The notes: generated by a model from the letters alone, not told the origin. Shown: positions 39,401 through 54,000, counted from the first letter of the stretch. The stretch: DNA of 64,000 nt from Octopus sinensis (GCF_006345805.1 NC_043008.1:45818001-45882000), one strand, 5' to 3'. Numbers and translations: made by a program.

Positions 39401-40970
39401 TCCTCACAATCCCCTTCATTTTCGTGGTCCGAAAAAGGGAGAGGGATGTTTTGCGGTAGTTTTTGATTCTTTATTGAAATTGATGTTGTAGTTGTTCTGG
39501 GATTTCCTGATTGTTCCGAACACGTGAGGAACAAGTCTTGCGGAGCTTTTTGTGGTTTTTCCGTTTATAAATTTTTGTGTTGTTGTTTTAAGCGATCCTG
39601 ATGTTCTTGTTCTTACTGCTGTCGATGCTGGTTCTTTCTCTGTTGTTGTCGTTTCCACTATTGTTCTTGGAGTTGCTACTGTTACTATTGTCAGTGCTTC
39701 TAGGATCGGAGGTGCTGCTAATTCTGCTACTGCTGTTTCTGTTGTTGCTATTGTTGTTGTATTGGTAGTGTTGATTGAGGTGGTGGTGGTGGCATAAGTA
39801 CAGGTCACTCTTCTTTCTTTGGTTGTGGGCAGAAAGACTTTAGATGGTTTGTGTCCTCGCACAGTTGATATCTTGGCTTTCTACCCTCGACAGCCACGTG
39901 TAGTTTTGACCAATCCGGTAGGCTGATATAATCCGGGACATTTTGATAGTTTGCTGATTAGTTTGTATAAGCAGCTGTATTTCCTGAGCTAACCATTTCT
40001 GATCGCAGAACCCATAAGGTTTTTTCAAGATCCATTTGCAGAATCCAGTTCTGATTGCGAACCTTGTGGATTTTCAGAGTCTTGGTTTTCTCCTCTATGT
40101 CTAGGATAATTGCAGCTACTAACCCGAAGATGTTAATTTCCGGTGGAATATTGAGTATTCTGATCCTGTATACTCTACACCCCAGGTAGGTAGTTACAAG
40201 TTATTTTTTTCTTCACTTTTCACGGTAGCTGTCCAGTAATTTTTGCTTCCTCCTTTGAGTTGAACCTTACCTCGACAGTCCCATAATTCTTCCCCCTGGC
40301 CACATAGGTTTTACTCTTCCACACCGGACATAGGCTTTTCTCTAATTGCAGTTGTGTCACCTGAAAAAACTCTTCTACTTCTCGTGCAATTTGTTTTATA
40401 TAGAACAGTCCGTAAACCGATTTCATGCTGAACAGTTCTAGAAATGTTTAGAGCTACATTTCTGCCATTTATTTAGCATGCATTTAGCCTTCTTAAAGAC
40501 ATTTCTATCTTTTCTCACTTGCCGGGTTGCTTGCGCGAAGTCGAAACCTTTCTGATTGGATTTGCATGTGTCAATTACGTTTTTATTGTTATGTTGGTAA
40601 CGGTGGTGGTGGTGGTGATGTGGGACCTGCTGCTGGCTCCGGTGATGGCTGTGGAGGTAGTGGTGTTTTCGCGTGTGTTGTTGGTGTTTGTAATTTCCTC
40701 CTGTTCCTGCGATGGTGAAGGGGAATTCACTGTCAGACGTTCCATGTGCGTTGTTCTGATGTTGCTGCAGTTGCTACAGCAGTCGCTACGTTTTACGACT
40801 TGGCTGGTCTCTATTGTGGATAACCTTCTCTTCTTTTCAGTGGATGGACGATTTTCGTTCGCCACATTTGATTTTGGCAAAACAATAAGGGGCACCGTAA
40901 CCCAAACAAATACCAAAATAACTCCTAAGGTCTACAGATGGAGAGGAACTAACTAGTTCCCCGAGATCCT
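36441..40970 (-). mobile_element. Decayed Tx1-like (L1 clade) LINE, copy 2: ORF1 with zinc-knuckle remnant and Thr-rich region, RT and C-terminus; endonuclease domain apparently deleted
   Basis: GRKPRYQLCEDTNHLKSFCP (CCHC remnant); LCLKGRAEV.NAYIASVFYYRL...LLHFLWKG..PLVRR; KEIVWWTRLKGL; 3' end ccttgtggccaataaa followed by (ATT)n. Confidence 0.85.
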
Positions 40971-41078
40971 GGTTTGTTTAAATAAGTAGCAATAACAAAT
41001 GTACGATGTAAAACAATGTATAACAATATGAATAACAGCAAAACTTAGGCAACGATGAGCAAACTGTGTCGATAGAGA

Positions 41079-41147
<69 letters not shown>

Positions 41148-41148
<1 letters not shown>

Positions 41149-41747
41149 TGTCGGTATTATAAAATCAAAACCGCTGACAAATGTCTGTGACTGAGGGAGA
41201 AAATGTGTCGATTCTATGGGACTTCCCCGTACATACCGACAAGACTATAAAAGCTAATAAACCGGATATTATTATAAAAGATCAGACAAAAACGATGTGT
41301 TTATTAATTGACATGAGTATCCCTTGCGATCACAATATATATCGGTGAAAGAATTTGACAAGATTAGTAAATATAAAGACCTGCTAATAGAAATTGAAAA
41401 AATGTGGCATCTCAAGGCGACTACAGTACCAGTAATTGTAGGATCTCTAGGAATGATAAAAAAGGTACTGAAACCTATTTGAAAATGATTCCAGGCTTAC
41501 CATCCCTACAGGAAGGGCAAAAAATCCTATTAACTGGAACGGCTCATGTATTGAGAAGAGCATTATCGCTATGAAAACAACACCCATCCATGAATTTATT
41601 TATTTATTTATTAATTTTTAAATACATATTTATCTGTGAATTTGCGTGTGTAATATGGGAATGCATACAATGAGCTTCTCTGCCCTAGGTGTATGGAAAA
41701 CACTCGGCGAGAAACGGAAGAAAATTTGAAGAAAGAAGGAAAAAACA
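41148..41747 (+). mobile_element. R4/Dong-clade 3' fragment inside a (TAA)n array
   Basis: ILWDFPVHTDKTIKANKPDIIIKD...LLIDMSIP, KYKDLLIEIEKMWHL..TTVPVIVGSLG, QKILLTGTAHVLRRAL; (AAT)n on both flanks. Confidence 0.88.
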
Positions 41748-41752
41748 TAATG

Positions 41753-41803
<51 letters not shown>

Positions 41804-41829
41804 GTAATAAGCGTGTGAGAATTTAAACT

Positions 41830-42240
41830 AACTACGATAGGATATGTGGAATATGTAGGAAATTCTATGAGGATCCTCGCTTTCTTTAATGCATTTCATC
41901 CTTATGTTAACTCTTCTGAAAAAATACTCTGAAAAACAATCCTCGTCTGTCTACGAGTTTGCAAAATCCAGGGTGGAAATAAATCATCTGCTATATATGG
42001 AAGACGTCAAATTACATATCAAGATGAAATGTTGGATTATCTAATCCAAACGGGGAGAATATTCAGCAAGGATATTGCTATGCAGTTTGTTGCGAATTTG
42101 TAGATACTGTTAATTATAAAGAGTGAACGAAAGTTATATTCTGATCGTAAGACAAATACTTTGAAAGAGAAGGAATTGAATGAGGAATTCATTCAACAGA
42201 CCGTAGATGTTGGAAGTAAAGTATACTGATTATGTCTGAC
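41830..42240 (+). mobile_element. Additional decayed R4/Dong RT fragment
   Basis: INHLLYMEDVKL and LIQTGRIFSKDIAMQF resemble the R4 RT motif around YMDD. Confidence 0.6.
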
Positions 42241-43082
42241 TGAAACCTAAAACTAGAGGCAGAAGAATACAGGCGAGAAGACGAAAGCATTATATATAAT
42301 AGCTCTGGAATAATAATTATAGTAATTTCTTAATAAAAAGTTTAGGGATGAAACAAAACCCGAAGTAAGTGCGGGAAGATACAGGGAGAAATTACATAAA
42401 TAAAACGTGTGAACCCGGAACATATACTGCTGCTCACCTTAGTTCGCCCGTGATGCTTCTCAACGCCTCAATAGTTCACAGTAGCAGCTCAAAGGTCAGT
42501 ACAAACGCAAGATACGCAAGTGTACAATCTTGGAGATCCATGCATCTGAATGTATCTGAAGGGCGGGACATTCCCTCTAACCAACTAGCCTATATCAGTG
42601 TCCATTGCAGCGATAGAGTTCCTGACTACGGGATTATAAACCATCAATTGTAAGAACAGCCGCCAAGTATAACTGAAAATTTTCGAGTCATCTGAGCTGA
42701 CCAATTCCCCACCCGTATCAAGCTATCTGCTCTCTCTATGATGTATCTTTTTGGGCGGAGTTTGTCATGGATAGAAGTGTTTAGCTTGACGTATATATAC
42801 CCGTTATCAATTAGTCTACCCACAAGAAGTACAAAATCCGAAATTCTGGTTTCATATTTATCAATCTCAAATTAATCTCAGTGGGATTTGAAATAAAGTT
42901 TCAGAGAGTTGGGTGGAACAATGCAAAATATTCCACCTGAATATAAATAAAATATCCATGCAAATTAACATCATGCTATTATTAGATCCACCTCCAAACG
43001 ATTACGAGCAAGCGTTTCATGCGCCAGTAAAGATATAACTAACGAATGACGTTCAATCAATCCAGTACACCATTCTATTCTC

Positions 43083-43538
43083 CTGTAGTAGCAATTGCGA
43101 GTGATGTTATTTGGAGAACGAGGCTGAAAGGGTTAAAATCAGGCAATTTCATTTCTGGCCCTGAATTGGTGAATTACTTCATCTTTCACCTTAAAAGGAA
43201 AATAGGGCTAGAGAGAAAATGCCTGACTGTGAAAATGTTTGAAAATCGATAGAAGAATGTAGCATGGATGTTGCGTGTAGATGGAACTTCGTGAATGCGA
43301 CACAGGATGTAACTCAGGTATCAGTGGCGAGGCGGGGCTCGTGGGGTCCGAATTAAACCCGCCCCCACTCCATCCGTAATGTCTTCCGGTCTGTCCTACC
43401 ATTCGATTTTATCATATTTTCTTATTTTTGTAAAATTTTTAATGTCGTTTTATTTTGTATAATCATTCGCTCATCTGACCCCAAAATCAGATTGTATTGT
43501 CCCCTCTTTGTTGGCCCCTTGTGGGTAATAAAAAATCA
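43083..43538 (+). mobile_element. 5'-truncated Tx1-like LINE 3' end (copy 3) with a 16-bp target-site duplication
   Basis: VVAIASDVIWRTRLKGL...LERKCLTVKMFENR*KNVAWM is homologous to the C-terminus of copy 2; TSD acaccattctattctc at 43067-43082 and 43539-43554. Confidence 0.88.
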
Positions 43539-46051
43539 ACACCATTCTATTCTCTATACACCGTACCATAAGCAATACCATGTTGCTTTATTACACTGAA
43601 TTTTAGCAATGCAATTTTGTTGTAATAATCTCTTAAATGAAGGTTATTAAACACCGTGTGCATATTTTATCGATTTAAAATAGAAAAGCGAAGACAACAC
43701 AGACTGTATTTGAACTTGGATATCAAAATATATAAAAGATAAAAGTTTAAAGCAGTTAATCTACCTTTTATCAGTGTCTGCCTATATATTCCTTTCAAAT
43801 AAAATTTGATGTGATCTGTTTTATTACAAGTTTAAAACATGATATCAGCAATAAACCCAGAATAGTTTTTCGTATGACTTCAGTGACTGAAATAATAATG
43901 TGTAACAGAAAAAAAATAACGCAAATGCAATGAAATTTGCCGGCAGCAGTATTTCAATTCTTGATGTATAATGACGAAGTCAGATCATTCAACTAATTCT
44001 AATTTTATTCAAAAATTCTCCATTTCCGCAATACGCGCATCCAGTCACTGAATTAATACCTGTTTTTTCATAAGTAAAATCGGTCACCGTATTATTGACT
44101 TTTCTAAATCAACGGTATTACATACAATTTCAGTATTGATATTTGGAGCGTCCAGTATTTAATAATATACATCTATCATTCAAAAGACACATTCAACTCC
44201 CAAACGTAACATGTGAAATGAACTGATAACATACAACACAATTTCAAATTGCTATGGGACACTATTTCTGACGGTGCGTGCGGAAAATCGCAATGGGAAG
44301 CTTAGGAACAAAGCCACACACACTGCATGTCTTCCTCCCATTGACTTCAATGAAAGGAATGCATTATTTTCATTTTTACTTATGAATATTACACGTTGAT
44401 CCTGCATTAGTTTTGATGGTCTTTTTGTATAGTCTTTCGATATCAGAGATTTCGTTTAACATAATCATTTTTATCTGTCGTACACGATATATCAATTTAT
44501 CCTAATGCATTCTATTTAATCAAAGTATTTTCCATGTTGACATATTCCTTTTTGCAACAGCAATTTTCAAAAATTACATTAAACAGGAATAGAATGTTCC
44601 TGTAAATACTACGCTTTCGAAAGTAGATTTACTAAATATCAATAATATACTAAGAAATTCAATGGTTATTTTATTTTCATGATACAAATAGTTTCTGGTT
44701 TGCTAAATATTTTCCAGATTAACATATACTGAATTGTTTAGCAGCACGTGAATTCGTACCAATTTTATTTCTTAAACTGATTCAGTATAATGAACAAAAT
44801 ACAAAAGAACATTCTTCATCGATGTACATCTAGTTTTGAAGTGTTGGAAGCATTTGTTCTTCACCCCAAAATATTACAGGTACCTTCAGTTTGAACATTT
44901 TCCAAACTAGTTGATAGCGCCGGCTTTGTATTGTAACAGATATGTAATTGTTATGCACCTCAATAGCTTTCGTCTTAGTCCAACAAATAGGCAGGGCAGA
45001 ATATGAAATCTTGCTCATTAATGTTGAAAACTGTTCCTCTATATTTTAATTATTCTCCATATAAATTATCTTCTATAGTTGTAAATAGCTAGACCCCGGG
45101 GAGATTAGATTCTGATTTATGGTACTTTCCATTTATATCAATAATTATAATTATGTGCATGGTCCGTTACACATACTTCGCTTTGACACGCCTTTTGAAG
45201 AAGACCACTTTATCTTTAGTTAAATAATAAACCGAACAAAGGATTCCAGGCAAATTGTTGTGGTAAGACACAGCTGTTGTTCAGATAAGAAAAATCATAA
45301 CATCGCCAATAATACCAATTCTTCCTGCAGAATATAAATATGTTTCGTTTATTAAGGTTCAAGAGCATAGCCAATCTTTAATTTTTAATCTAGTCTGCGA
45401 TACTAAACATACGGGCCTGCTCACTGACACATACATAATGTCGACCTGCGAAATTAAAAACAACTAAATCTAAATGAAAGATTATTTCCCAATTCAAACA
45501 TGTTTAGATTTCACTACAACTTGTTATTTGCTACACCAAAAGAGACAATAGACCGATATCATTTTCTCAAGTATTCGAATCATTGCTTTATCATTGCCGA
45601 ATGTTTGTATTTTGGAAGTCACCACATTACAACTTCATCGATATTTATTCATCAAAACTGCGATGAGATATCATATATGAAAGAACGGAAATTAAAGCAA
45701 TTTCCGGAATGTAAGAGAAATATAAATATCATTCGTTGCCCTTTTTTTTCTATTTAATCATATTGGATGCCTCATATCAATTGCAATCTCAGAAGTATGG
45801 ACGTGTTTTATGGTTTAATCAAATCACAAAATAGTATTACAAATAATACTTGGAAAATTTCAGCCAGCTCATACACACTTACACACAGTCAATCACAGAC
45901 ACATGCAAAGATATAAAGGCACACATGCACATGTATATGTTTGTACTGTAATTATGTATATCTTCGTATATCTTCGTATATATATATATATATATATATA
46001 TATCTATATATATAAGTCAAAAGAGGGGGTGTTTCTACGCAATAAAAAATA

Positions 46052-47294
46052 TAGGAAAATGTGTTTTTGAAAATGCACCTAAATTTGAAAAACTCGTAAT
46101 TGTTTAAAATACATTTATTTACATATATTCCAAACTACTGTCAACAATATTTTTTTGTTTATCAATTATAAAACTTTCAAATTATGAATGAGAAAAACGT
46201 CTTTAAAAGTTTCAATTTTGACAAATTAAAATGTTCAAAATAGATAAATTTAGCATTATGAATTAGAAGGACAGGTTCAAGTTAAAATGTTCATGGCAGT
46301 CAATAATGTTAAAACTGTATATCAATTTGTTTGAATGTACAAGGCTCATTAAGTTTTCATACTGAGTTAAGAGGGAAAAACCAAGGGAGAAATGAAATAT
46401 TAAAAAAAGGGAATTTGGTTTACAGTTTCTATGATCCTCTTTCCGTAGAAAATTTGCTTGTGGTAGTATGTTTTGGGATCAGATGTATTTATAATTTCTC
46501 CTGAGAGCAGATCTGATTTTTGATTAGTTAAAATATTGGTGACGTCTTGCTTTCCGGTGGTCAAGCTTGTCGTTCTGCCTGGTTGGCCTCCTTGTGGAGA
46601 CAGTCATCAGTCATTCCAGTTGGTTGATCCTCTTAAAGGGTTATCTCGTTTTATTTGATGAAGTTCGGTTTTGATTGGCCGTACACATTCTCCTCGCTAA
46701 GTTGAAGGGTATATTCAATTTAGTATGTTTTGGGAGAATAGAACATATTGTTTTGAGTCCGTTGGTTTGAAGAAGATGTCGGTTTCAATTTCAGTATCTT
46801 TCTTTATGATTAAGATGTCTTGGAAGAGTAATTGTTTGTGGCAGTATCCCATTGTGAACTGGGTACTGTTGTCAATGCTGTTGATTAAGTTTTTTAAATT
46901 TTGAGAGTTGTTTAAGGTTGTGTGACCATAGGATGAAACAGTCATCCAGGTAGCGTTTCCAGTTGGTGAGTAAGTATTTTTGGAAGTTGCCTCCAAATTT
47001 CAGTCTAGCGTGTTCGTTTATTTGCACTCCCAAGCATGCAATGACAAGGTTGGCAAAAGTGGTGGTTATCCTGGTTCCCATCACAATACTAAATTTATCT
47101 GTTTTGAACATTTCAATTCGTTGACATTGAAACATTTTAATTTGTCAATATTGAAACTTTTAAAGATGTTTTTGCTCATTCATAATTTTAAAGTTTTACC
47201 ATTGATAAACAAAAAGTATTGTTGACACTAAATAAATGTATTTTAAACAATTACGAGTTTTTCAAATTTAGGTGCATTTTCAACAACACATTTG

Positions 47295-47298
<4 letters not shown>
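46052..47298. mobile_element. Foldback element with about 200-bp inverted arms (46052-46257 and 47085-47298)
   Basis: gaaaatgcacctaaatttgaaaaactcgtaattgtttaaaatacatttattta is present in both arms in inverted orientation; TA at both outer ends. Confidence 0.85.
46380..47084 (-). mobile_element. Decayed Penelope-like RT fragment inside the foldback
   Basis: MGTRITTTFANLV...WKRYLDDCFILW, then QFTM...LFQDILI...ETDIFFKPTDSKQY. Confidence 0.85.
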
Positions 47299-47378
<80 letters not shown>

Positions 47379-47410
47379 TGTATGTATGTATGTATGTATG
47401 TATGTATGTA

Positions 47411-47480
<70 letters not shown>

Positions 47481-47487
47481 GTGTGTG

Positions 47488-47522
<35 letters not shown>

Positions 47523-49192
47523 GTATGCATATGTTTTATTTATTAATTTATCATATATATACATATATATATATATTATAAGCACACATTCATATATAAA
47601 TATGCATACATGTAGATATTTATACACATGCATATATATTTATATACACATACAAAAACAAACAACTGCTCTTATAGGGTATGGTCTTTTCCTGATGTAT
47701 GTTATTGTAACGAAGATATATATATTTATAACTGAAATGCGAAAGAGGGGAATTAGAATCGACCGTTCGAGCGCTGCCGTAAGTGAATGCTGTTTATTCT
47801 TAGAGTGCATGGAATAAAATTATTACTCTTTATCTATATCTTCAGGTATCCTGCTTTGGTCCACTATCCTCTAATGAAATAAATTTATATTATTTCGTGA
47901 CTCGGTCGACGCTATGCAATTAGACAGATTATATACAATCCGTTCACTAACAAATTTCCTAGAATTTTATTTACTATAAACGATATGAATCAACTGAGCA
48001 GCTTTATGTTATATGTTGATCAGGTTTCAGATTATGATGTCTGAAAATCGGTGAGTACATCTCAAAACTGAAATCCCAGAATCTATGAAACCATCGACTG
48101 TATGGAAATTATATCTCCCAGTGAATTCCAGTTGAAGATTTCCTAGAAGCGTGAATCTGTAAGGAAAATGATTACATCTGACTTGTGTGTTTGTGTATGT
48201 GTAATTTGAAGCACCGGCTGGTATAATTATTGAAATGTGATGCATTAACGAATATTGAGCAAATTCACCCGACGTTAAACTACGGATATTGTAATCTGTT
48301 TATCAGTTGTTCATATATATGAACCACAAGGAACTGTATACAGAATCTATACACATTGCTATACACATAAATCCAAAAATTAATATTCAAACTCAGTGCT
48401 GATCCGTCACAATGTAGCGGAGTCCACATCGTTTTCTGTACAATTAACACACAATATAAAATAAAATAATCATACTGAAGTGTCATCGACATTTTAAATA
48501 TCAAATGCCGACAAGTTCTCTTTACAATAAACCCTAACAAAGACATACACCACGCATATACAACCCTACATACACGAACATATACACACCTCACAAAAAA
48601 CGTTCGCATACATATATGTGTGTATTGGAGCATAATAATCGACAATTTCCATCTTGAAATGAATTACATTTTCAATTATTAGAGAACAAATGAGAAAAGA
48701 GAGAAATGAGAATATAGAAAAGAATATAGTTTATTCTTAGACTAATTATTTACTTTTCCAATCGTTAACCTTCCAGAATATTCTCTCAGCTTTTGCTTTT
48801 ATTGCAGCATTGGAATCATTTTGTTCTTGCTTTCTTTCTATAATTATACGGCAACGATTTTTCTCTCTCAACTCGTAAAGAAATGCAAATACCCATTCAT
48901 ATACATTACATATTCTAATTGATAAACACGTATTTTTGTATAAGTAATGAGAGATTGATAGAATTGGTTGAGTATCTCAAAGATATCTTTCATATAATTT
49001 GTTTCTCATAACTTTCTCATTTTGAGATTCACCGATGCCAGTCGTGTCCGTCCCGATGTACTTTAGAAGTCAATATGCATATTGGGGTACAATTTCGTTT
49101 TCCTTGTATTTTCGTGACGAAGCTGTGCGCGCTGCTGAATGTATGATATATATGATTATTATAAGTTACAAAACCACTCCAGATAATTAATA

Positions 49193-49264
<72 letters not shown>

Positions 49265-49940
49265 ACATGAGAGCACACTCATATGTATATATATATAAAT
49301 ATGCACAGATGACAGAGAGAATGCGAAAGAGACCCATTTACTTTTGTGTGTGAATAACTGATCGCATCGCCAGTGGCCTTCTATGCAGCCAAATTAATGA
49401 AATACCAGATTGCTTCATATATACATATATACTCATTTCACTATAGCCGTTATTAAACGAACTAGGTAATAACTTTATGGGTTATAAGATTAAATTAGAT
49501 TACTTTTCATAACAGTACTCTTCACAGGATGTCTCTTTGTTAATTTGCGTAAATAATTTGATAATTAACATTTATATTAATCATTTCATTAAATGCAGAT
49601 TTCCATATCTAATTGTAATTATCGATTTATATTACACTACTTCGTCTTGTTTAATGGACAATTAACTCTGTGTCTCTGTTCCTCTTGATTTTGTTATAAA
49701 ATATTGTTGGCTTGTCAATATGTTAATTAAAATAAGGATTTACTGTGTTTATCGAGCTGCAGAAACTATTTTATATATAGACATAGCATATTTAAATAGG
49801 GTGTCTTTACCAGGAGATGTCTTTATTTACGTCTTGAAACTTGCATCCTTTAGCTTTCCCCATCATCCTTTAGCTTTGCCAATTCAAATGATGCTAGTTG
49901 TAGTATTGTATTTTCTTCCGTTGTGCATCTTGTATGTACA

Positions 49941-50051
<111 letters not shown>

Positions 50052-50085
50052 CTATCTATCTGTTTGTCTGTCTGTCTGTCTGTCT

Positions 50086-50119
<34 letters not shown>

Positions 50120-51356
50120 GTGTGTGTGTGAGTGTGTAAGTCTATATATATATACTAGCAGTAATACCCGTCGTTCATCGGATAATTACTTTTACTCTTT
50201 CTCACGAGTCACATTCAAAGTATTATTATATATATAATAGATTTCTCAACGGGTATTTCAGGGGAGAGTTTCAGTGAGTCGCTGGCGATGTATCGTGATG
50301 ATCAAAAATCCGGCCTGCTAAAATTTAGTTAAAGTGATTCAAACTGCAGACTCAACGCAAAATGGTCACATTTAATTCAAAGCGTTAAAAATGTTATGAA
50401 AACAATTGGTATGTGTTCACAAAGTCCAAAAGATTAATACGAAAAAAACCCTCCACGCTACATCCCGAAAATTCTTTTCTTTGCCGAATTTCTACAATGT
50501 TTACGGCGATTCGTTTTTATATCTTGATTTTTTATTTTTCATGCAATTTACGCATGCTTGCACGCGTGGTAAACACAGTTCATGTCAAACAGCTGACTGA
50601 GTAAAGTTCACTATTCAATGCATGGGATAAGGCCTAAACAAACACCTTATCAATTTTTGCACTTGCGAGATGAATTTCGGAACAGAAATATCGCAGTTAA
50701 ATTGTCATTCGCCTAAACTTTAAGTGACCCATTTATGGTGGTTCTACGATTTGCCGGGAAGTTAAACACACAGACACACACACAGATACACACACAGATA
50801 CACACACAGACACACAAGTTGAGTTTTATATATATAGATATAAGTATACATAAATATACGTATTGATACAATGGATGCTTTCTTTGTTAGAAAGAATAAA
50901 TGAAACGAGCTATTGATAGTCCAGTTTAAGACCCTTATATGACACATGAGCCCCGCCAATGATTTGCACATTTTATTGCACAATGCACAGTTGTGTGGGC
51001 TGACAGAATGAACCGGCGCCATAGAATGAAGTATTTTTACATCTCCCTTTAATCTTGCAACTAAACGGCACAGCATTCCACACGTTGCACATGTTGTCAA
51101 CAATAGCCGTATCATAATTTGATGGCTGACCAGTTGTGCACGACATAAGCATAAGCCTCCTAGAAATGATACACATAAAAATCAACGGCCCTTCATTTTA
51201 TATTGCTTCATTCAGCTTTCTCTGGATCTTCTCGTGCTTCATTCTCTCTCTAATCAAACTCCGAACAGTCACTGTTCATTCCTTTCTTCCATCTGTTTCG
51301 GTCTTGTGCTTCTCTCTCCCAATCAACATCCAAAATTCCTTTACATGTATGTGTAC

Positions 51357-51477
<121 letters not shown>

Positions 51478-51516
51478 CATGTACATGTATATATATCTAT
51501 ATATATATATATATAA

Positions 51517-51548
<32 letters not shown>

Positions 51549-52666
51549 CATATATATATATAACATATATATATATATACATATATTTATCAAAATAAAA
51601 CCATGATGCAAAGGATTTAGCGGTGCATATGTTTCTGGCTTTTATTAGACGGTTTCTATCAATGCATAATTGATGTAATATGTATTTCAATAGCCTTCTT
51701 CAGTCGCGTACAATTACTACTTCAAGGACATGTATTACAATATAAGTTTGGGAAAAAGACGATTTATGTTGGGGATGCAAGTCCTCATAGTCGTGTACAA
51801 CAGAGCGAGACATCAAAACAAAATCAAAGCGTCCATCCCGTTTTTCACTCGATATAGAATGAGGAGATTGGATGTTGAGATAGAGAGGGAAGGGGTTGGG
51901 GGGTGAATCTTTAATGAGTTAGGATCACAAAGGGGGAGAGTAGTACGTGCAAAATGTAGTAAAAGAGTAAAAAATGTAAAAAAGAGTAAAAATTTTAAAA
52001 ATATAAAAAATATAAGAATATTAAAAAAGTATATAAGTATATAAATATATAAATATATAAATATATATAAATATATAAATAGGAATTACCACCGTGTTTC
52101 GTGGTCTGCTACCACAACAGCTCCTTTATAGGATCCAGTTAGCTCAAGACATCATCAGGAGGAACCACGTCCGGTTTCGGCCCCTACTCGTCTACCGTTT
52201 TGACGCGGCGGGGCCCCCCTTCGGAGGTGTCTTCAGCTCTGGTGTTGGGTGCATCCCTTCTTTCTTCTTCTTTCTTCTGTTCCCTGGCCTCTTCGATGTA
52301 TCGTCAGCGAGTGTCAACCGGTGACTGACTGGCTTGTGAAATTTTCCCTTTAAATACCTGCCGATAGTCTCCAGGAGGCAGCCCGAGCAAGCTGTCACGT
52401 GACACTGTCTCACCTTAACTGACTAATGAAGGCGCGTAGTTTTAGCCTGCGCATTCTCTAAACGACCGTCACTTAGCGAAGCTGATTCAGTGTCAGCTTG
52501 TCTCACCTAATGATGTTATTTCCCGCCGGCATGTTATGACTTTCAAGCCCTTTTCAGTCTTCCAGCTTCAGCCATATATAGAAGCTGGTTTTTTCGACCG
52601 CCTCCTGTACTCTCCTTATTAGTTTTCGCAGCTCGGAGCTAGAAAAAACAAATCTTCTTTTGAAAA

Positions 52667-52730
<64 letters not shown>

Positions 52731-52732
52731 AT

Positions 52733-53025
52733 AAGTAATATTCGTAACAACTTTAACGTGGCTGTCCGTTTGAGCGGACTCAACTGCGATTTTTGAACCT
52801 CAAGAGGACATCGCCTCTAGCTGGTTAACGATGACCAGCTGCCTCCGATAAAATTGCCATCAGGGAGGCGAACTCCTACCATCTCCTTGCGACGGGACGA
52901 GTAGAACATTCCTTCCTGATTTCGGGTATTTCTGCCGCTCTTCAGTACTGAGAAGAGGGGTTAAAAAATCGCAGTAGAGTCCGCTTGAACGGACAGCCAT
53001 GTTGAAGTGGGTACGAATATTACTT
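52733..53025. mobile_element. MITE with about 70-bp imperfect TIRs, related to 34498-34787
   Basis: aagtaatattcgta...tggctgtccgtt..agcggactc.actgcgatttt is inverted at both ends; shares gaggaca...ctc..agctgg with the 34.5-kb MITE. Confidence 0.82.
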
Positions 53026-53189
53026 GTCAGTACAACTACTGCGTTTAACTTTATGAATAACTTTAACCAGTCTCCATGTGACGTTTGCATCGCATATTCA
53101 TAGAAACCTTTTAACAACTCAATTACACCGATAGGTTCTTTTGTTTCTGATGTCGCGCATTTATAAATTACATAATTTAATAATATCTA

Positions 53190-53810
53190 CAAGATACACT
53201 CCAGAAGTTTTCAGACATTTTAGGAGAAATTTAATTATTTTAAAGAAGTACAAAATTCTCACCTGACTTGAATGCACTTGTAGTGTTCCAGCCACGTCGT
53301 GATGGTCCCGTGGATGTCCCCTATAGTGAGGGTGTTCGGAACTCTAGTCACAGCTCTCTTCATCTTCAAAACTACAGTTCCTGATGTTCTTCTTCAGTTT
53401 GGGCAACAACCAAGACTGACAACGATTATGATCTAGACTGTAGGAGTGTGAGGGGCGGTTTTGATGCCAATTCGCATCAAGTAGTCGGTTGAGAACAAGT
53501 TTTGCAGAAACTTTGCGCATTTTCTGATTTTCATGAATAATTCTATATACAGTTTGCACACCAATTCCAGACTTTAAGCTTATTATTTTTATAGACACAA
53601 GATATTTTACATCAACACAATTGCGAATTTTCTCAACTAGCTCTGATTTTCTAACATCTCTCCCACTCTCACACCTCTCATCATCGCTCACTACGTCTCT
53701 TCTGCCCATGAATCTCTTGTGTCAACGAAAAAGTAAACCGTTTTTGCCAACTTTAACACAAAACCTTTTTGCGCATCGAGCTTCCAAGCTATAAGCACCA
53801 GGCCTGACGT
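53190..53810 (-). mobile_element. Internally deleted mariner transposase remnant
   Basis: GRRDV..DDERC...KIRN...VSIK.I...VYRIIHE..KMRKVSAK joined to HSYSLD...CQSWLLPKLKKNIR..SFED (YSPDLAP region). Confidence 0.8.
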
Positions 53811-53829
53811 TTTGGAGTGGAGAGAACGG

Positions 53830-54000
53830 GGGCTATTTGATTATATCGATTGCAGAGCTCATCTAGTAATTATTTTATCGACTTCGAAAGAATGGTAAGA
53901 CAGTCGACCCCAGAGCAATTTCAACTCAGAGAGTAAAACTAGAAGAAATACGACTAAATATTTTCGTTCGAGGTGCTAATAATTCTGACAGATCATCGAT
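53830..54000 (-). mobile_element. Degenerate tRNA-SINE copy
   Basis: Weak reverse-complement homology to the SINE at 24661-24893. Confidence 0.55.

Noticed and set aside
50154-50190. ACTAGCAGTAATACCCGTCG resembling a Helitron/Helentron-type terminus
   Set aside because: Too short, and no matching other end was identified.
52080-52640. GC-rich segment resembling a LINE 5' UTR/ORF1 start on the minus strand
   Set aside because: No diagnostic motif and no clear match to the Tx1-like copies in the window.
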